Below the pieces are notes generated by a model. It was given only the letters and a program-made list of their open reading frames with translations. It searched no databases and was not told the origin of the DNA. 64,000 bases of DNA from Octopus vulgaris (Eukaryota): positions 108,438,001 to 108,502,000 of the forward strand of contig OX597822.1 of NCBI GenBank assembly GCA_951406725.2, in the 5' to 3' direction. This document shows positions 56,746 through 64,000 of the stretch, piece after piece (within the stretch, counting starts at the first letter, position 1; each line of letters opens with the position of its first letter). The translations under genes were made by a program, and so were the position numbers.

Positions 56746-59700
56746 TCAGAATTTGGGCACTATGGCCCACTCAAGTAGAGAGTTATTGTTTACAGAGACA
56801 TATCCGGGTGTAGGGAGTTTATCCGGGATTTCTTGAAGGAATCTGTCCAAAGACTTCTTGAACGCTATAGGGTCAGTTTCTGTTCTAATGTGTTTTGGTG
56901 TAATGTTAAAGAGAGCGGGGCCAATTGAGGTGAAATAATTGTGCCGTATTGTTGTTATGAGTTGAGAGTGCGATTTTTGTTTTGGGCGGATGGCACGGGG
57001 CCCAAGCCTTGGATGTACCTTAAAGGTGATGCCAACATCATTTGGGCAATGCTGATGGAATATTTTCCACATTATGCAGATGATGTAGCGCTCACGACGA
57101 CGTTGGAGAGAATAGAGATTTAGCTTTTCTAGTCGACCCCAATAGTCGAGGCCTGTCATGCCATCTATCTTTTTTGTGATTGCCCTTTGAGGTGCTTCAA
57201 CTTTTATGATACCTTGTATTGTGCGGGGAGACCACAGTGGACAACAGTATTCAAGGTGGGGTCGGGCAAAAGTGGAGAAAGAAGGATAATGGTGTGGATA
57301 TCTCTCGACTGGAAAGTTCTGAGAATCCAGGAACACATTCTGCGGGCCATGTCAACTTTGGTGTTTATATGAGTGGCCCAGCTTATGTTGTTGTCCACAA
57401 TTACTCCCAAGTCTCTGATGTTGTTGGACGCTGCGAGAGTTTCACCTGAAGGAAGGGAGTATGGGAGTTTCAGGGCATCCTCTTTTCCAATGTGGATTAG
57501 CTCAAATTTATCCTCGTTCAGCAGCATATTGTTTTTTTCTGCCCATTGGATAACAGCCAGTAGATCTGACTGAAGGCATGTCCGGTGACTCGCCTCATTT
57601 ATGACCTTCTGTAGCTTGGAATCATCTGCAAAGATTTTTATCTTGCTGTGCTTGATGATGTCATTAATGTCATTAATGTAAATGATGAAAAGAAGTGGGC
57701 CCAGCACAGTGCCTTGCGGAACGCCACTACTGACTTTGGCTGGGCTTGATTTTACCCCTTCAACTACAACATGTTGAGATATGTCTGTCAGGAAACACTT
57801 GATCCATTTCAGTAACTTTCCAGAGACACCAATGTTGGATAGTTTTTTCAATAGGATCTTGTGATCGACCCTGTCGAAGGCCTTACTGAAATCAAGGTAG
57901 ATGACATCGGTGTTGGAGCCCTCTCCCAAAGCTCTCAAAATGTCCTCAAAATGATGCAGGAGCTGCGTTAGGCAGTCCCTTCCATTACGGAACCCATGTT
58001 GGTTGGAGATCAGCCGTCTGTTGCTTTCCAGAAATTGGGTTATTCGAGATCTCACCACCCTCTCAAATACCTTGATGATATGAGAGGTGAGTGAGATCGG
58101 ACGGTAATTCACTGCAAGGGACTTGTTTCCCTTTTTGAAAACTGGGACAACAGACTGGGACAGAAGGTTTTTTGGAATATAGCCAGCATCCAGTGAGTTT
58201 CTCCACAGATTAGCAAGGGGAGATGCAAGTTGGTGTCGACACACCTTCAGGACACAAGCAGGGAACCTATCGGGGCCTACTGCTGAATTGTGTTTTATTT
58301 CGTTTATCGCCGCTAAGACATCAGGGGCACTAAACGTTATGTCCGATATAGTGTGTTGGGGGTTGACATCACTGATACAGCCCAGATCGGCCATATCAGG
58401 ATTGCTGAAAACAGAGCAGTATTGTTTCTGCAGTATCTCGGCCATGGATTTGGCATTGTCTTGGAGAGTGCCAGTTTCGTCAATTAGAGGGCCTACAGTG
58501 GAGACAGTGACCCTGCGTTTCCTCGCAAATGAAAAGAACACTTTGGGGTTGAGTTTGATTTTTTCAATGGCCCACTTCTCCTCAGCTGATCTTTGGTTAT
58601 TGATGAGGGTCTTCATGCATTGTTGGAGGTTATATTTTTTGGATTCAATCAGTGCGATAGCCGTCGAATGTGTGTGTTGCTGTTGGCAGTACTTTAGTTT
58701 GTTAATTTTTTAGTTTGTTCTTTTTATTTTTCTGATAATGGTTTTCTGTTTTGGGGGATTCTGCAATTTTTGTTCACAGGTCTTGGTGGGGAGTGTTTTG
58801 CACATATGTCTGTGACGGTGTCTACAAAGATCGGCCAAGATGTTTTATGGTTGGTGGAGATGTGTGTATGTGTAAAGGACCAGTCAACATGTGATAGCGC
58901 GTTCCTGATTGCATCCCAGTTGGCATTATGGAGATCCATGTTGTCAAATGGGTGGGCTGGAGGAAGGTCACTAGGATTAGCTTTCGGCTGGTGGAATTTC
59001 ATGTTACAGAGAACCATGTCATGGTCTGAAAGAAGGGTTTTTTCCACTGTAACGTTATGTATAGTGTTAGTGTGGTTACTAAACACTAGGTCCAAAATGT
59101 TCTGATGTCTTGTTGGTGCAAGGACAAGTTGGGACAAGAAAAACTCATTCGTAAAGTCGAAAAGTGACTCTGCTGCTTCTTTGTCAGCGGTTGAGGCGGG
59201 AGTGCTTGGTTTCAAACAGTTTGTAGTCCAGTCAACACAGGGTAGATTGAAGTCTCCCATCATGAGTATGTTGCTAGAATGGCACTGTTGAATAAAGCAC
59301 TTAATGCTGTTGAGGCATTCTTTAAAGCACAGTATGGGTGTTTGGGGCGGCCTATAGAGCCCAATTACTGTCAGGTCATTGGCTTTGTTGTGCACGGTGA
59401 CTGATTCACAGTAGCCGTTGGAGAATATACTATTTCCATCTGCCGTAAATGAATCATGCAGGAAAATGGCAGTTCCACCCTTCCTCCTGCCGATACGATC
59501 CGCGCGGATGGTTGTGAAATTCTTCACTCTCACTTCGGCTTCCAAGTGGGAGTTGTCAAGGTGGGTCTCAGTGAGAATGAAGAAAGGGATGTAGTGTGAA
59601 TGGTTACCAACCCAGTCTTCAATGAATTGGACCTTCCATTTTTGTGCATTGATGGAAGGGCTGACACCTTGTGCATTGAGTAGGAATGTGGAGGTTAGTG

Positions 59701-59983
59701 TAGTGGCTGGTTTTGACTGTTGCAGGGGGCTTGGATTTTTTGTGTGTGTTAGTGGCAGCAATGTGGGGAATTGGTGCACTGGGGTAATAGCATAGGATGG
59801 TGTTGAGTGATGGCTAGAATGTTTTTGTGTATCTCTTTTTCCATGTTCAACATGGCTAAAAAGAATTTTCCTGCTTAGCGAGCAGTTTTTGGCTGGAGGT
59901 GTGGTTGCACTGTTGGATAGGGTTGTAGTTTCCACTTTTGTTGTTGTTGTTTTTGTGTCTTCCTGAAAAGACTGGACCAGCAT
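56746..59983 (-). pseudogene. LINE ORF2: apurinic-like endonuclease + reverse transcriptase (frameshifts near 58720 and 57280)
   Basis: LNAQG, LTETHL, KGGTAIF, YRPP, GDFNLP, PTR..NILDLVF, SDH; NYRPISLTS, QHGFR, YLDFSKAFD, GVPQGTVLGP, FADD. Confidence 0.92.
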
Positions 59984-60009
59984 TACTGCAGCATGGTGTG
60001 TTCCTATTT

Positions 60010-60972
60010 TTAATTTTTATTCAGGTTTGTGTGTTGGCTTGAAGCCCCGTTTCTGTTTGTGCGTCGGGTCCCTGGAAGATGAGTGAAGGGACAGTCACTC
60101 AGTAGACATGTTCTCTCACGTTGGGAATACCGGCAGATTTTGGGACTCCGAGTTGTGTGTGTTTTGAATTTCGATTTACTATTTGGTGGTGTTGATGTTA
60201 TTGTGGGATGCGTGCTTTGGCCTTGGCCGGTAGTGCGTCTAGTGCCGGGTAGATGCGTGAAGATGCAGTCACTATTTGTGCAGAGTCTCTGGCGCAGTGA
60301 ATAGCGGCATATTTGGGGATTTCTTGTTTGTGCTGTGGGGGGCGCATTCTGCTTCCTATGTTTCTTTAAGTTTTTGTTACTGCAGTAGTATTGAGGTGGT
60401 GATGTGGGGGAAGAGGGCAGTGGTTTCTTATTTGGTTTTCTGTTGGTATTTTTGGTGATAGAAGACGATGGTGGCAGCGGTGGTGATGATGATGATGATA
60501 ATTGTGGTGGTTGCTGTGAGAGCGGTGAAAAGATACTGGCATTTAGTGAATCATCTAATAAGCTAGAGTTGAGGAGTGGCTGTTGTTGTTCTTGTTGCTG
60601 TGGCTGTTGTTGTTGTTGTTGTGCTTGACCGATGTTAGGGTCAGCCATTGTGCTGGGAACCAGGAGTGGCTCATTCTGTTGTTGTTGTTGTTGTTGTGGC
60701 TGCTGATTTTCTAGCTGTTGCTGTTCTTGAACTGTGAAAATATGAAGAAGCTTTTCATAATGGCCTTTTGTTAGTTTGAAAGATACTTCGATATGTTTCA
60801 GCTTGCTACGAATCTGTTTGACGGATCGTGTGTTTACCACTTGTGATGCTTTTTCGGCAATCTCATTCAAACACAAAACATTTAGATTTTCTGTTTGGGA
60901 AAGAGAGAACCATGTGTTTATTAAAACATAAATTTCGTTATCAGACCAATTTCGTCTGTTGCAGGCCTGCAA
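60010..60972 (-). CDS. LINE ORF1: Myb/SANT-like N-terminus, polyQ and S/P-rich linker, two CCCH-type zinc fingers (start codon uncertain)
   Basis: RRNWSDNEIYVLINTW...RSVKQIRSKLKHI; ICRYSLRQRLCTNSDCIFTHLPGTRR and ICRYSQRERTCLLSDCPFTHLPGTRR. Confidence 0.75.
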   Translation of the reverse strand: MQACNRRNWSDNEIYVLINTWFSLSQTENLNVLCLNEIAEKASQVVNTRSVKQIRSKLKHIEVSFKLTKGHYEKLLHIFTVQEQQQLENQQPQQQQQQQNEPLLVPSTMADPNIGQAQQQQQQPQQQEQQQPLLNSSLLDDSLNASIFSPLSQQPPQLSSSSSPPLPPSSSITKNTNRKPNKKPLPSSPTSPPQYYCSNKNLKKHRKQNAPPTAQTRNPQICRYSLRQRLCTNSDCIFTHLPGTRRTTGQGQSTHPTITSTPPNSKSKFKTHTTRSPKICRYSQRERTCLLSDCPFTHLPGTRRTNRNGASSQHTNLNKN

Positions 60973-61300
60973 GTTAGTGATGTTTGTTTTTCTTGTTTGT
61001 TTTCCTTTTGATTTTTGAAAATATATATATTCTTTCTTGGGAGTTAAAGAAGTGTATATATATATAAATATTCTCTCTTAAGGGTGTGAGTTTTTGATTA
61101 TTTGGTTGTTTGAGGATATTAAAAGAAAAACAGGTGTATATAACAATTTGTAGTTAAATGAAAACGTACTTACGGGTTTGTAGGCAAACACGTGGTTACA
61201 AATATATATATATTTAAGGTCAGTTAGTTTTGAAGCTGTGTAGCTTGCTACTGACTTGGGAGAGAAACAAATAGACGTACGTCCACTTCAACAGTTAATC

Positions 61301-61836
<536 letters not shown>

Positions 61837-61848
61837 TTTATAGAAGGA

Positions 61849-61897
61849 GCTGCTACAGGACTAGAACTGTTTCATTCAAAAGAAATCATCAGGAAGC
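61849..61897 (-). ncRNA. Type I hammerhead ribozyme, intact core
   Basis: Minus strand: gcttc CTGATGA tttc-tttt-gaat GAAAC ag-ttctagtc-ct GTA gcagc; a TATAAATA lies about 25 nt upstream on the same strand. Confidence 0.75.
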
Positions 61898-62874
61898 AAT
61901 TAGACAAGAGTTGTTTTGGTATTTATACATTTAGGCAGGTTTAAATGGGTGGTGGTGGGGGACTTTTTGGGGGGTAGGCATGGCGCAAAACTGTCATTAT
62001 TAGGGGAGTGGTCAAAGGAATCGGTGGTAAAGTAGATAAAAGAATTAAAAAAAAAAAAAAAAATTAAATAATAAAATAATAAAAAAATATAAAAAAATAA
62101 AAAAATAAAATAAAAAAATATAAATAGAAAAGTTTTAGGTAAGTGGGGAGACTCTCACTTGTACATCTACATATATATATATACATACACATATACACAC
62201 CCGCCTATTCACATATATCTTTACATATACATACATACCCACATATACTTACATATATATATACATACATACATACGTACACATACACATACATATATAT
62301 ATATATACATATATCTACACATACTCATGTACGTACACACAGATACACAAACACATACACATACATACACATATGTATACCCACTCGCACATATATATAC
62401 AAATGCATATACATGCACACACATACACACACATTTTTATTCTCTTATTTTAATTTTATTAACTACTTTAGTTTATATCTTTATTTTTATCTTGACCGGT
62501 CAAACTTGTCCCAAGGGATCTCTAAAGATACTGTTTTTCTATCAACTTACTGATACGAACGCAAGCACTTACTCACGCCCACACATTCACACGTACACTC
62601 ACGCACAAGTTATATTCATACACGCCTACATCTACATACATTCACGTATATTCACATACACGCATACACATACATACCTCAACACACCCACAGAAGACTA
62701 GTCCATACATATACTCTAATTAATATATATACACACATATACTTGTACACATACATACACATACATACATATACATACACATATACACATATATATACAT
62801 ATATATATACACATATACATTCATATACATATACATACACATATACACTCATACATATATACACATGCACACAT

Positions 62875-62940
<66 letters not shown>

Positions 62941-63173
62941 GGAAGCTTTATGAAAATATATATATATATATACACACACATACATACATACATGCGTACA
63001 CATACACACACACACACGCGCGCGCATCTATATATACACCTAAGTACATACATGCATAAATGTATACATATGTCTAACACATGCATACACATCCGCACAC
63101 ACACGCGCCTCCTTATGTTCATAAAAACATACATGCATACTGGCATATACATATATACATACATTCATACTCA

Positions 63174-63240
<67 letters not shown>

Positions 63241-63389
63241 TTAATAATATATACGTGCAGTTACCCATTATTCAAACGGATACCTACATAAAAACATACC
63301 CATATATACCTATTTACACATATGTATATATAAATATACATACATACACATATAACTACATACCTACATATACATAAACACACAAGCGT

Positions 63390-63442
<53 letters not shown>

Positions 63443-63781
63443 TACATATACATATACATATCTATACACATATATATACGCATATATATACATACACACA
63501 TACATACACATACACATATATACACATCCATATACACATATACACATACACATATACACACACATACACACACATATATATATATATATACATTTACACA
63601 CACATTTTTACACATATATATATATATATACACTCATACACATACACACACATACACATATATATATACATATATATATATACATATATATACACATATA
63701 ATACATATGTGCACATATACACATACATATATATATACACATATACACTTACATACACACATGCACAACTCTTGTCTAATT

Positions 63782-63830
63782 GCTTCCTGATGATTTCTTT
63801 TGAATAAAACAGTTCTAGTCCTGTAGAAGC
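63782..63830 (+). ncRNA. Type I hammerhead, inverted partner of 61849 (G12A)
   Basis: gcttc CTGATGA tttc-tttt-gaat AAAAC ag-ttctagtc-ct GTA gaagc; perfect stem I. Confidence 0.7.
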
Positions 63831-63913
63831 TCCTTCTATAGAATAAATTAATTTACTCTGCTATGTATTGAGTACCCTATTTACTGTGGTTAACCCCGAC
63901 TCAACCCGGGACC

Positions 63914-64000
<87 letters not shown>

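Larger units (their letters stand above)
56662..61303 (-). mobile_element. Near full-length CR1/Jockey-group LINE inserted in (TA)n
   Basis: 5' UTR, ORF1, APE-RT ORF2 and a 3' tail with (tatcaaag)2; TA runs on both sides. Confidence 0.92.

Overview
AT-rich, microsatellite-saturated eukaryotic DNA. The repeat inventory looks like a coleoid cephalopod such as Octopus (inference from recalled SINE/LINE families, not a database hit). I can support no host protein-coding gene; nearly all ORF-track entries are translations of (TA)n/(CA)n/(TAA)n runs. The window is a retroelement and transposon graveyard. It holds: a near full-length APE-type CR1/Jockey-group LINE (56662-61303, -) whose ORF1 has a Myb/SANT-like domain plus two CCCH fingers; a 5'-truncated relative (41381-43403); an R4/Dong RLE-type LINE inserted in a (TAA)n tract (48619-51547); decayed Penelope-like elements (PLEs); Tx1- and RTE-like remnants; Tc1/mariner remnants; Helitron-like elements; MITEs; and many tRNA-derived SINEs. 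The most interesting signal is a population of short non-coding PLE-related elements, usually in or beside (TA)n runs. They carry minimal type I hammerhead ribozyme motifs (about 8 intact or slightly mutated, plus half-sites), often have inverted 5' duplications, and in three cases share a 3'-terminal hairpin motif. One is a composite tRNA-head + (TAA)n + hammerhead element that the Dong LINE has split. All alignments and folds were done by eye.
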